Shown here: positions 1 to 13,600 of the stretch, piece by piece
How the letters are laid out: every line of letters begins with the position of its first letter
Position numbering within the stretch: the first letter of the stretch is position 1
NCBI RefSeq assembly: GCF_026571515.1
Contig: NW_026866323.1
Coordinates: 1 to 64,000 of the forward strand
Direction: 5' to 3'
Length of the DNA: 64,000 nucleotides
From: Ruditapes philippinarum
Taxonomy: Eukaryota
Position numbers and translations under genes: made by a program
The notes under the pieces: generated by a model
What the model saw: only the letters and a program-made list of their open reading frames with translations
Told to the model about the DNA's origin: nothing
The model's database searches: none

Positions 1-1004
1 CATTTTTGAAAAGAAATGAAATTAATATGTAAGTTAATGCATGTCATATACTTTACTGTTTCTCCAAATCAGCTTCGCAATGATGTAACAATTGTATAAC
101 AATTATATGTAATTTGATGCATGTGTGATTTGTATATATATTGTAGTTTGTTAACCTTTGCCAGAGGCATTTTGTATGCTGATTATTGCAAATAAAATAT
201 TGAATTGACTAGTAACCAACTTTCATAATATCCATTTTCTTTTCTTGGCAGCCAATGACTTTCATACAAATACTTGATTTTCGAAAGCAATCATTTTTTA
301 TTTGTTTGGGTCGTCAGACCAAACAAATAATGGTAGCGAAATTTCAGAGTCTAATGTTGTTAATTGCAAATGCCGAAAGTAGTCCACTTTTTTGAAGCGG
401 TTACTTCCCTTTTGTATGTACACTAAAGCCGAAAAATTCAGGGGAGATCACTGCGTAAAGATGGTCAAAGACAGGCGCATCAATTTTCAAGCAAAGTAAT
501 TCCCGAATGGTTGAAGATTTCTAATATTGTTTTATTGTATTTTCTGATCGAAAATAACTAAATACAAAGCGGACATTCAATCTCTGACACAGAAGTTTAC
601 AACAAACCTAACAACAAGTAGTTCTCAAAACAGCTTAAAACTAGCGATTTAAAAGAAAGAAATATTTTATTTTGTTACAAGTATCCAACAAATTACAACG
701 CATTTAAAGTTAAACAATAGCGTTGGCTTATAGAATTGTTAATAAATGCACAATCACAAATTACGCGGATGAATATGATTTTATCAATGAAAATACTATT
801 TATTACCGAATACTACACAAACCGAGTAGTGGAATATATAGATTCTACATGTCGGACTGTTTGGGCGAGAGGATTTTCGCTAAAATATTTACTTCAATTT
901 TAAACAACAGGTTTACCCTGAACAAAATACCTCGAAATTAATAAGGATTACAAACCCGAAATGCAATGGAAGTTCTAAATTTAGAATGACTTGATATTAT
1001 TCAG

Positions 1005-1062
1005 TAGCGTAGTGAGTGAGAGGTCTCGAGTTCGAATCCCAGTCGAGGAAACTTTTTTTTTG
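1005..1062 (+). repeat. tRNA-like SINE head fragment
   Basis: B-box GAGTTCGAATCCC followed by a T-run; similar to 2484-2565. Confidence 0.45.
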
Positions 1063-1448
1063 TTAAATTCTTTTTTTAAGTGTTTTTGTTAAGGAAGTAG
1101 CCATGATATGCAAGGATAAAGTGTGGCTGTCGTAAAAAATGAACATAAATGATTTTTTGATGCAACTCTAATTATGCAGAATTCCGTATGTATCAAACTC
1201 TGGTGCCTTGCAAAATGAATTAAATTACATAAAAATAAACCTATACAGGAAAATGCATACAGATATACAGTACGATTTAGATTGCAAAGATCAGAAAATA
1301 CCACAGAACTTGCAGCCCTTTGATTCTTTATAAATATAAATGCTTATAGTAAGCTCCAGGATTATTTACATCTGTGTTAAACAACAGTTAAAGTCGTTAC
1401 AAGCCCTAATTTAGAATAATATGGTTTTCTTCAGCCCGTTCACATATA

Positions 1449-2470
1449 CTTAAGGACAATGAAAACGCACGCCCGCACTATATGTATTTTATTACATGAA
1501 AAATAAACACTAACGACTCAGTTAGATATATATCATTACTTTAATACAAAACACATTTAACAACTGAAAATAATTTAAAATGTTTGAAATCAAATGGACA
1601 CCAGTAAATCGAAAAACCTAAGGTGAAAATCCCAAAATCACACTTTTTCTTCAGAGGAATGGCAAAAACCAAAATGAAAATCCAATACAAATTCACTCAT
1701 AAATGTCTATTCGTAATGTCACCGTCGGGATCTTGAGAAACGACAATGTCCTCCATCAGCGTCTCTTACAGATGTACATCGTCGCCTCATAGATCTTACG
1801 GCGCGGATAGTCTGACGCCATTTGGCCTGTAGTGTAGTGCAGAAACGCTGGTGAAGCCCATAAATTGTAGACCGATGGACACCAAAACGATTGGCGCTTT
1901 GTTTGTAAGATAGACCAGGCTGAATCTGTCCTGAATAAACCCAGCGGTAATGGTTTCTTTGTAGAACCATTGCATACAATTTGCTAGCAAGTCTTCAGTA
2001 GTGTTTTGAAATTTATCACCGTTTTATAGAGGAAAAGTGAGAATATGCAATTTCCATGTGAGCTTTTACGTTTTCTAAAACTGACCATTGGCATAGTTTA
2101 ATATTAATTTTCATAAAGATTTTAATTGCTCGTTTGTGTCTAACATTTCTAGAAAGGTGTGTAAAACAAGTTTATAATTAACAGTTTAAAAAAATAAATA
2201 ATTTCATTTCAAAAAGTAACCATTATTTTGTTCAATCTGTTTTTCTGTTGTGATCTTATCACAATTAGCCAAAAGTGTTACTTTTGATTCTCCGGGTACT
2301 GTCTTTATTATGCAATAATTTTATTAAAATGCAATCATTTTTCATAATGTTGGTATCTAAATGACCGGAATGCATTCGGTTTTATGAAACTGTGAAAAAA
2401 TATTTAAAAGAAATATATTTTCCTTGTTAAAATGCAATTATCCCGACCGTGCGTTTTCACTGTCCTTAAG
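1449..2470 (-). mobile_element. Internally deleted Tc1/mariner DNA transposon
   Basis: TIRs CTTAAGGACAATGAAAACGCACG / CGTGCGTTTTCACTGTCCTTAAG are flanked by TA on both sides. A degenerate transposase N-terminal HTH (GLSYKQSANRFGVHRSTIYGLHQRF) lies in ORF 1719-1979. No DDE domain is present. Confidence 0.85.
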
Positions 2471-2483
2471 TATATAAATTCAC

Positions 2484-2565
2484 CGTGGCTGAAGGGTTTT
2501 CGGGCTCGCTTAGAAAGTGAGAGGTCTGGAGTTCAAATCCCAGTAAAAGTAACTCATTTTTTTTC
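2484..2565 (+). repeat. tRNA-like SINE head
   Basis: A-box-like TGGCTGAAGGG, stem-loop CTCGC-ttagaaa-GTGAG, B-box GAGTTCAAATCC, then a T-run. The acceptor stem is not intact. Confidence 0.45.
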
Positions 2566-4661
2566 AAATTGTTAAAGTCAAATAAACATTGGAATGAATA
2601 TCAGTGTTGCAATTAGTCTTATAGCCAATTTACTACAATTAAAACGCTGGAAAACATTGGTGGCACTATACATATAATCTCACAACCTGCACCTTTCTTA
2701 CATTCTGAGACCCAAACAAATTCAGCGCCTTCTGTGCTTTGATTAACATGTGCAGTTGTGCACTATTTCAGAATGCAGATATAAACTTTGTGGTATCAGT
2801 TGTAGATTTTCATTCATAGCTAACAATATTTATATTTCTCCCTCATTTTACAATTATAGAGCCTTTATCAGGCCACTTCCTTAAAAAGATCTTTCAAGAT
2901 TATGACAAAGAGCATAAATAAATGTCATACAGTATACATTTAGAGACTTAAACAAGGTTTACAATATATAATAATGAATACACATTTTATGTATTGTTTA
3001 ATTTTAGAAGCAATGTATGTCTTTACATTGATTAGGTCTTTAGTCATTTTCTCAGTACTAGATAGTTAATAAAAACAATTTACAGACAGTCGTTCCCTCA
3101 GACAATTCACCCCAAGCCATTTTTGTTGAAATAAAATCTCCCACAAGTATTGTCCATTCTGGAAGTTATGATGAATAATTTACTTTTTTACTTGAATGCC
3201 AAAAACCGTAACAACCATCACTTGATGGAACTGTATAAAAAGGTCCTACCAAAAGTTCTGTTACAAATGGGCTTCCTTAGTTTTATCTAAAATAAATGAT
3301 GAAAACCCTAAAAGAAGATGGGGTTGCAAAAGCTATAAAAACACTCACTACATTTTGCTTTAAAATATATTGAATTATATGCAGTTATATACAATAACTA
3401 GGTCACATGGTAAAATGACTAGGACTGCAATTCATAGTTATTATAAGGTGAATTGCTTCTGTCTGCAAAACATAAAATAATTATGTTCGTAGTATTTAGT
3501 ATCAGAAACAAAACATTAAAGAATTATATTTGGCAGTTGTTGGCAAGTGTGAGTTTACATGATCCAACATTACATAACAGGAGATAATAACAATCTAAGA
3601 ACTCTGTCTTATATATTTCATCATGTAATAGTAAATCATTTAGAGATTTATTACTTACTCATTTTTCAAGCAATATTTCATAAAAATATCAAAACAAAAC
3701 ATTTCTATTGTTTTTATTGATATTTGAATTTTTTAAGGAAAATGTGCCACTTGTAGATCAATCCGGTTTAAATACCATACTGGGGTATAGATGTTGATTC
3801 AAAACAGAAAATTGTTGAATTTTCCATGAAATATTGACACTGATTTGACACAAATGCTTTCTTCCACATGTGTTGTATTGTTAGGTCATCTCTATCTTTG
3901 AGAAAGGTAGTTAGCTTTAAATTGTCCGTCTTACAGTGCACAAAAGGCTAAAAAAATGCCCTCTGAGATTATGAATCCAAATTATCTCTTAGCCATTTCA
4001 TTTCTCAGTTCCTCAATCAGATACAAAAATAATATTCATCTCTTTACAAAAGCTACAATGATGAGTTTTGGTATTGGGCGACTTGGGAAAAGTTTATAAT
4101 AGAAATAATTTGGATAAAACATAGTATTTTTTTAAGAAAAAACAGACACTAATGACAAGAGTTTTTGTATGACCCTCGTGCAGTTTTTCATAGCAACATT
4201 GATACATTATAAATAACATGTGATTAAAAAATCAATAACAAACACAAATAAAGTCTGTAGAATCCTTCAAATAAATGAAATATATAGAAACTCACAATGT
4301 GATAATTATGTGACAAAATTGTAAGACCATTGATTTATTTTTAAATATTCATTCATATTTATTAACAGATAGCTAAATATAGCTGAACACTGTAGTTATA
4401 ATATTCAAATACTTTACCACATCTTAAAATTTGTAATACATGTACTTGTTCTTAGACTGAATGTTTACATTACAACCACATATTCAATATGTCATCACTT
4501 TTTGTTTTCTCCAATAGTTTATTACAAATAAGCACTAATTTCAACATCAGCCAGAATTATCAATGGAGCACTATCAGTGTTCATAGACCAGCTTTAATCC
4601 TTTAAGTTATGTAACAATAAGCTAATATATCCTGTCATAGATACAGGTCATTAACAGGTTA

Positions 4662-7600
4662 TTATTCCACCTGCCATTCACTAAAGAAGTCATTTCCTTT
4701 GTTATCAACAACAATAAATGCCGGGAAATTCTGAACCTCCACCCTCCATATTGCTTCCATCCCTGAAATGATAATTATAAACTTCTGAATTGGATCACTT
4801 GTTACATATTTACATACACATCATGTGATAAAAAACTCACATCTGAATACTTTGTGATCAGAAGTGCTCAGATGAACTTAAATTCATTTGAATTAATGTT
4901 GGCAGTAAAAACATTCACTAAGTCTTTAAATTGTTTATCAAATATCTAGCACTTTCGTTACAGGATAGTTCTATATATAAAATGTATATAATACATGGGA
5001 GTTAACTTGTGCAACAAGTCATAATTACAAGAAAATTATGTTTTTCCCCAAATTCTTCTGTGCCAATACTGTGTTTATTTAACATTTAAATTTCTCTTCG
5101 GGCACAAGAATCTTTAAATTGAAAATTTAGAGATGTCATGCATTATATAGAGGATATTGAAGTGTATGTTAAATAGAACAAGTTGAATTTTTGAAATAGC
5201 ATTTGAAACAGCAGTTCCTCAGACAATTAAAACAGAGGTCCTTCTTCTGAGATATGTATTCCCCGGATGTTTAGCAAGCAATCACCAGATTCCCCACACA
5301 ATCCTGAATGTCCTGGTCTATAAGACATCAATATAGCTTTACTCAAGTCTTCATTAAATCTTGCAAATTCTTTACCAAGACAATGTACTGGGAAGGTTAG
5401 GGATTGCTTCAGAGTAAAATTTGTACAACTTTTTCATCACAAGAAATACCATCACTATATATGTCTTTCTTTCATACACATTAAATATACAACATTATAA
5501 TGTATTATATTTAAATTATCATGTACACTCACCTAATTCAGGATATTCTAATTGTTCCACTTTGTGTATACAATTTTTGGCTAGAATAGCAGCTGGGCCA
5601 CCAATAGAACCAAGATAAAACCCTCCATGCTTCTTACATGCTTTTGTAACCTGGAGAAAACAGGCACGTATCTTTTAACTTAATCTTCAAAGTTTTATTC
5701 TATTTATTGAAAATTACATCATTCTATTTATAGTGTATAAAATTATTACACTTATTCACTTATTTCTAAATATTTTCGATTAAATTGAAAATATAATCTT
5801 GATAAAAATATAATCTTGATTTACTATATCTTCTTAAATTGACCAGCATTCTTTATCAATTCATATCAATGAACATATTACATTATTATGATAGAGTAAA
5901 AATGCTAAGAATAAAAACTGCTATAAACATCATGTCATAAATGACTGAGTTATTGGAAATTTTAATTTTTTACTACTTTTAGTTTATACTATACTGTGCT
6001 TTTCTTAGTTGATGGTACTTAACGCTTTGAAACAAGAAGGGAAACAAATAATGAAATTATGGTATAACAAAAATTTATAAGCTGAAACATTAAAGTACTT
6101 TCTGCTGTATGACACAAGGAAATATTAATATATTCAATCAAAATCAGATTTAATGGGCCAGACGTAGACCATAGGTCAACCATTATGAAAACACCATGTC
6201 ATCATTTAAATGATGGTTAAAGGGTGTTACACTCTAGTTTTTTCATGTTTCAGTTAAAATTACTAAATTTGCTAAATTTTAAAAATTATAACTATTTTTA
6301 CTTTTTACCTCAATTTTTTTTTTATAATCAGGAACATTAAGAAAATGGATTATGATAATTGTTTCAGACGTATGCATACATTTTAAGGGACTATTGTGAC
6401 TTTTTACAGAAATTTGTAAATTGTTGTTCTGTTCTATGAAAAAATCTATAGATTTAGTATGTTTTGGACAAAAACTTTATTGTTCAGATGTATGACTAAA
6501 ATATGTCAATTTTGACCAATGTTTACACTATTCACATGGAAATATGGCATTACCATGAAGTAAGTGATGACGCAGATTAGTGATGTTGACTATAATTTTA
6601 GTTTGATTATGTAGGAAGCTATAAGTTTATTGAAAAACTCTCGAATCCATTCTTGTGACCAACCGGTACTAAGCAATAAGTGTAATGTTTTTTATTCACA
6701 GAAACAAGGGCTTTTGATTTTTAAGTTTGATTTTGCCATGAACTTATTATCCAGTAAAAATATTGTAAAATTATTAATGAGTTGCTGTGCATTTACCTGT
6801 TTACTTCTGTTTCCTTTAGCTAACATTATCATACTACCACCGGCAGCTTGAAACTTCTCAACATAACTGTCCATACGTCCTGCTGTCGTAGGTCCAAATG
6901 ATCCACTAGCATATCCCTACAAATCATATATACCTCATATATATTTAATCATTCATTTAAGTATATATATTATATATCATTCATTTAAGTATATCAATAT
7001 TACCTTAAACTCTTAATAAATATCTTAATTTATACAACAAATTATCAGATATTAGACTTAGTCTGTTATAAATCCTATCTATTCAAATGATTACATTTGT
7101 AACAATAAACCAAGTGAAATCATGATGTAAAATATAAATCAGGAAAACAGTACATGCAATAATGTCCCAGAATTCAGGTGACTGTCAAAGAGGTGTAGAC
7201 ATAAGTGCATGTACAAAATACACAAATACAGCAAATGCTGTTTATTAGTATACTGTTAAAAATAAATAAACATAAAAGCTAACAGCGAGTGGTAGCCATC
7301 ATTGTAGCCAGTCCATCCGTGAGATGGGGCACTGATTCCAACAGATTGAATAACATTTTAACTTCTGCATATTGAACTTTTTCATTACCTCTTATAAACA
7401 AACAAAATAACAGTCTTTTCTTTTTTCTTTTGTTATACAAAGAACCTCAACTTTTCATATAGTGATATACGTGTTATCATGATTAAAATCATGGCAAAAC
7501 ATAAGAAACATTGATATAATAATTATATTATGTTACCTCAGGTGTTTTAGCAGGACCAGCATAATATACCGGATGTTGTTTAAAATATTCCGGTAAACCC

Positions 7601-10600
7601 TCACCACTGTCTAATCTCTCTTCTAACTTAGCGTGGGCAATATCTCGTGCAACTATCAGCGTACCAGTTAAATTCAGCCTTGTTCTGATTGGATACTGAT
7701 CTAATAAACTGAGAACCTCTGACATTGGTTTGTTCAAATCAACCTATAAAATATAAAGTTGACAATTTACAAAACTTTATCATACCTAGTGATAAGTTCA
7801 AAGTTCTACCTATAGTTTTTGTTACACAAATAATTTGTCCCTTATATATCTTATAATTGACATTATATGATTTGTAACCCCTTGCAATGTTGTACGAAAA
7901 AACCTGCGGATAATAGACAGTTTTTAAAGTAAGTAAACCACTAGAATAGTATATAATTTATGCTGCTTTGGCGACTCTGTAAAAATGGTATTGCACAGCC
8001 ATGCATTTTTTTTATGTGACCTCATTTGCGTAATACAAACATAGTGTAAAGACGGGCTAAATGTTACCATTATTTACTGAAAGGGTGCGCAATAAAAAAA
8101 GGGACTCTTTTTACTTCAACATTTTTAAATTTTTTGATAGGGTTTAAAAAAAAGGAATATCAAATTTGTGTATCTTTTTTACTGAATTTATTGAACTCTT
8201 TGAATAAAATAATATTTTGCTCGGTATACTTACATTTATAACATCGCTTCCTAAATCTTTGTCTTCAACCTCTGGTAGATATTTATCTGGGTTAGTTTCA
8301 AGCTGTTCCAAGAACACTCCCTCCTCACTGATCTTACCTACTATCTAAATATAGAACATACACAAACATAGAGTAACAGCATATATTGCTTCTTTATGTT
8401 AGATTTTAAGTCATATTGACCTTGTTAATTTCTTGTTAAAGAAGACCTCAGGTGCCTTTTCATGCATTATTTGAAGCACAAGCATATGCACCTCAGTAAA
8501 ACCACCGACCCCCTGTAAGATAGCTAGATAGCTTCCCAACCTGCACCTCCTAACACTGAATGATCCTAAGTCCTTTGTGGGGCTTGAATCCATAGCAGTG
8601 TGGGACTGTCTTTATCATTCAGTCAAACTGTTAAATAAAAGCTCTGTGACATTTATTATCAACTTCCTTATCTTATTACATTAAAAAGAACAACTAATGT
8701 TTTATTGTCAAACAAAAACCAGTATCCCTTCAGATCAATAAAATAAGTTTCAAAAAATCATATTTAAGAAAAATTACTATATTAACAGTTTGAAAATGTA
8801 TAAATACAGTTCAAAAGAGCCTCTGTATAATGCAAAATATGACAAAATTTGCCGTTTTACCATCATGTGTCTGGCAGATAACTAATACAGAAGGGATATA
8901 TCTACACAATTAGACAGGTTATAGGCAATTTCTGTTCATATTAAGTACATTTGGCCATGTTAATTAACTCTCTTGTAAACTTGACAAAAGGTTTTCATTT
9001 TTCAATTTTAAATTTTCACAAAAATTGCCATTGACCTGGATGTAAGCTGCTTTCGATAGAAATAAATCTAGAAGGTAAGTAATGTGTTACATATCTATGT
9101 CATACCTGTCTGTCAGCTGAACATGACACACCAATACCGACGGGGCACGATGCTCCGTGACGTGGCAATCTGACCACCCTGACATCATGACAGAAATATT
9201 TACCACCAAACTGGGCACCTATACCCATACGCTGTGTCAACTGATGAATCTCTTTCTCAAGGTTAAGGTCTCTGAAAGCTCGACCATGTTCATTACCTGT
9301 TAATACAAAATGAACCGCGCCGTGACAAAACCAACATAGTGCGTTTATAGACCAGCATGGATCCAGACCAGCCTCACATCCGCGCAGTCTGATCAAGATC
9401 CATGCTGTTCGCTTACAAACCCTATTACAAGTAGAGAAACTGACGGCAAACAGCATGGATCTTGATCAGACTGCGCGGATGCGCAGGCTAGTCTGGATCC
9501 ATGCTGGTCGCAAACACATTATATTGGTTTTGTCATGGGGCGGCTCAAATAGTTTTGTCTTAATATGTAACATTCTAAAAATAGATGACATCAGGTAAAA
9601 TGGATCTATCACTTCTTTAAGAATAACAGTTAGGCTCAGCTGCACAAAGCTTTTTTTTGATGTTAAAAGTTCCATGGATTAATTTGTTGACAGATCCTCA
9701 ATGCTATGGATCACAAATTAATCTAAAGATATCATAATAATGCAGTTCTTTCACTTATCTATGTAAAAAAAAACCCACCAAACAATTTCAACATTTTAAG
9801 TTTAATAATTATTTGAAGAAGACCAAACTGTTATTTTTTTCCAACAGATATTCCTAGTTATGCTGTAATGTTAGGAACAGGTAACTTACCTGATGTAGGT
9901 AATGTATCAAGATATTTAGTTGATGCAAGTTTTACTGTTTTCAGATTAAACTCAGCTGATGTACCGCCCACTACAAATGCCAAGTGATAAGGTGGGCAAG
10001 CAGCGGTGCCAAGGGTCTAGTAAAGTATAAAATGTAAATAATTATACAACATAACATGTTTTTATAATAATAGGTTTAAACAAACAGGCATTTGTTATCT
10101 ATAGTTTAGTTGATGATTCTTTTTAAAAATATTTTTTTGAAACTGCTCATGCCTTTAATATTGGAAAATTTAGCATGGTAACCAAAAGCAAATTATTAAA
10201 CATAAAACCACTTCTTCAATCATTTAGTCAAATCATACAATGATTACCTCCCCTGGACCATATAACATAGAAATACTGAAATCTGTAATGATCTTACACC
10301 TAAATATATGATCATGACTATTGGATAAAATTGATGAAACTGTCCATTACTAAATTTTGTATGGTATAACAAAATTAAACATTATACATGAATCTCTATA
10401 ATTGATACTTAGAAAACATAATCAATATCCATCCAATTACAGTAGAATCCCTACTAAAGACCACCTCGGATTTAAGACCACCCCGCTTTTAAGACCAGTT
10501 TTTAAAAGAACGGAATTTTCTGTTCTTTATGTCAATGGTTACATGATCCAGAATTAAGACCACCTCACTTATCCACATTTAAGAACCAACAAATTCAGAA

Positions 10601-13600
10601 AATTTGATATCAAATTTCTTCAGAAATACTTGTTTCTTCCCATCATGTGATGTAACATTATTAAAATAATCAAATTTCTTTATATTGTATTTGCAGGTTA
10701 AGATATATATTGTTTGTTCATACAAAATGACTAAAATAGGCCCTGGTCATATCGTGTGTAAGCAATGATAAGAATCTCCGCAATTAAGACCACCCCGCAA
10801 TTAAGACCACTTTAGTCCAGACCCGATGGTGGTCTTAATTGAGGGTTTTTACTGTACAGATAAAGCTTATTTAAACTGGACACTTTACCTGTAAAAGCCC
10901 TACAATAATTAAAATTTAATGATAAATTATTGAAAATGACTGGATATAATATACATTGTATGCCAGCTAAAGAAGATAAAGTAATGAATAAAATTGAGTT
11001 AAAGGTTACCCACCTTAACTTTTTCATCAACAAATTTGAGAAGTTTTTCAGGATTCAAGAGTGCTTTTGTTTGTTGATATAAGAATGTTTTGTTGGCTGA
11101 TCCACCTCCTTTAGCAATAAATAAGAAGTCATACTGGTTGCTGTTTGTAGAATAAATCTCAATCTGAGCTGGTAGATTTGTCTTCGTGTTCACCTCTTTA
11201 TACATGTCTAGTGCAGATACCTGTATTATAATATCTTCTCTCAATAAAATCTCATGGGTGAATGTTGTTATTTTAAAAATCAGAGAATTCATTACATAAA
11301 GCACTTTTTTTTCATAGTTTAAAGAGACATGCCTCTAGATATGTAAACTCAATCTTCAAACCTTTTAACTTACGAAAATAAATTCATAGTGTATAAGACA
11401 AATGGTCATTATTGAGGTAAAACTTTGAAAATATAAAGCAAAAAAATACAGAATTTATAAATACAATCTCTAAAATCCTCCCGAGTAAGGGAATTGTTTG
11501 CATAAATTGACAAATTATAAGCGTTTCTGTAGATTGCAAGTGTCTCGGATAAGGCTTAATCACTTTATTAATACATTTGATAACATTTTTTACATTTTAG
11601 CTATGATAAAAATTAACACAAAACTGGAAGTGAACTGCATTAAGAGCTTTTAGGAGTACAAGAATTCTAAAAATAGAAACAATGTTGAAAACTTCCACAA
11701 AAGAAGTCTGTCCTATTCATAAATTTAAATGAGGTGTTATTTTTTATTTGAGGTAGTATTACTTAGATTATGTTAGAAAATAAACAAGTATCCATCAATG
11801 TTACTAGGTATTATTGTGTTTTACTATGGTGAATTAACTTTACTGTTTTAATTCTTATCTAATTTTGACACGTATCAGAAACATAATCTTTCTAACTAGT
11901 AAACATTGTTCTAACAATTTTCATCTGTCTGATTAAGAACTTACAGAAAGAGTATGTATATTTATATGAGCCGCGTCACGACAAAACCAACATAATGAGT
12001 TTGCGACCAGCATGGATCCAGACCAGCCTGCGCATCCGCCCAGTCTGATCAGGATCCATGCTGTCCGCTTACAAACCCTATTACATGTAGAGAAACTGAT
12101 AGCGAACAGCATGCATGGATCCTGATCAGACTGTGCGGATGCGCAGGCTGGTCTGGATCCATGCTGGTCGCAAACCCATTATGTTGGTTTTGTCATGGCA
12201 CGGCTCATATTGTTTAATTATACCTGTGAATATCTGAGATTTCTCTGAGTGTAAGTGTTGTAGATACCTCTAGATATAGCCTCGGCATCATTGCCCTCTG
12301 TCCATACATACTGTCCTTTCTTTCCTACAAACATAAACTAATGTTCAATCATCTACACCTACATAAACTTAAACCTGAAACATTCTGCCTTCAATTTTAT
12401 CATCACTCTTTGGTGCAAAACTATTTTATATCTGTTGTAAGTGATATCTCAACAACTTCATTATAATAACTGACAATGTACAGTTACAGCTAATTCTAAC
12501 TATTGTCAATAATCTCTTCAACTGCTAGGCCAGTTATTTTTGCCTTGAAAAAAGTCTGTATGAAACTTGAGACAGATGTATATAAAAATATATAAAAAAA
12601 ACCTTAATTGAGAGGTATTTCATTATTTCTCAAAAAACAACAACAACAACAACTTCAATACATCATATAATGAAATTTTTTAATTTTACCCGTTTTGTTA
12701 GCAAATATCACCTGGGGAATGGGTAAACCCAAACTGATGGCAGTGAAAGTGATTATCAGATATTAGTTGTTCAGAAAGTAATAAATTCCATATTGATATT
12801 CCTGGAAACGGGTCAGGCACAAATATATGTCACAACTTGGCAACACTTTGTTACAACTTCTGTCAAGATCATATGTGAACTTTCGAGCTTTACTGGTAGA
12901 GAATACCTCCTGTGTCTCAAGAGCATGTATTATCTTAGGCACAAGTTCGGCAGCAGGCTAGCAGCTGGCCTAGTAAACATTATGTGTATTTTTTGTTTTT
13001 AAATGAACATATTTCATATATTGTCATAATATTTACTAAAAATTTCAGCCAAGTCATATAAAGTGCTTCTGAAACAGAATGTTATATCTATCTTACCCAT
13101 ACAAATGGCTGTTCCAGTATCTTGACAGCCAGGAAGTACCATGTTAGCAGCAATACTTGCATTCTTCAGCAACTCTAAAGCCACAAACTTGTCATTACTA
13201 GATGACTCGGGATCTTTCAAAATATTTGACAGTTGCTGTAACAATATAGATTTAAATCTTAACAATGTGTATAATTGCAGTAACAGGGCTAACAAATGTT
13301 TTGATTTACAAATAAAAGTGGCTTGATGAGCTATGCTTCAAAAAGTTTATTACAATTTAGTGTATATATTCATAAACTTTCTGTAAATAAATTTTTTTTT
13401 GTATCCATGCTATTAAAATTATAAAGAGACAAGCACCAACACTTGACATATCAGAACAAACTTTTTTATCACCAATACTAGAGATGTTGTTTACAGAGAT
13501 CTATGGGGGATAATGAGTCAATGACTGATGGCAGATATCATGCTATCTCTGAGCATTTTGAAAAAAATTATCAAGAGTACTGGGTCCAAGGTTATAAAGA

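Noticed and set aside
2484-2565. Functional tRNA genes at about 1.0, 2.5, 21.2 and 28.9 kb
   Set aside because: B-boxes are present but there is no complete cloverleaf or acceptor stem, so they are treated as SINE-like fragments.
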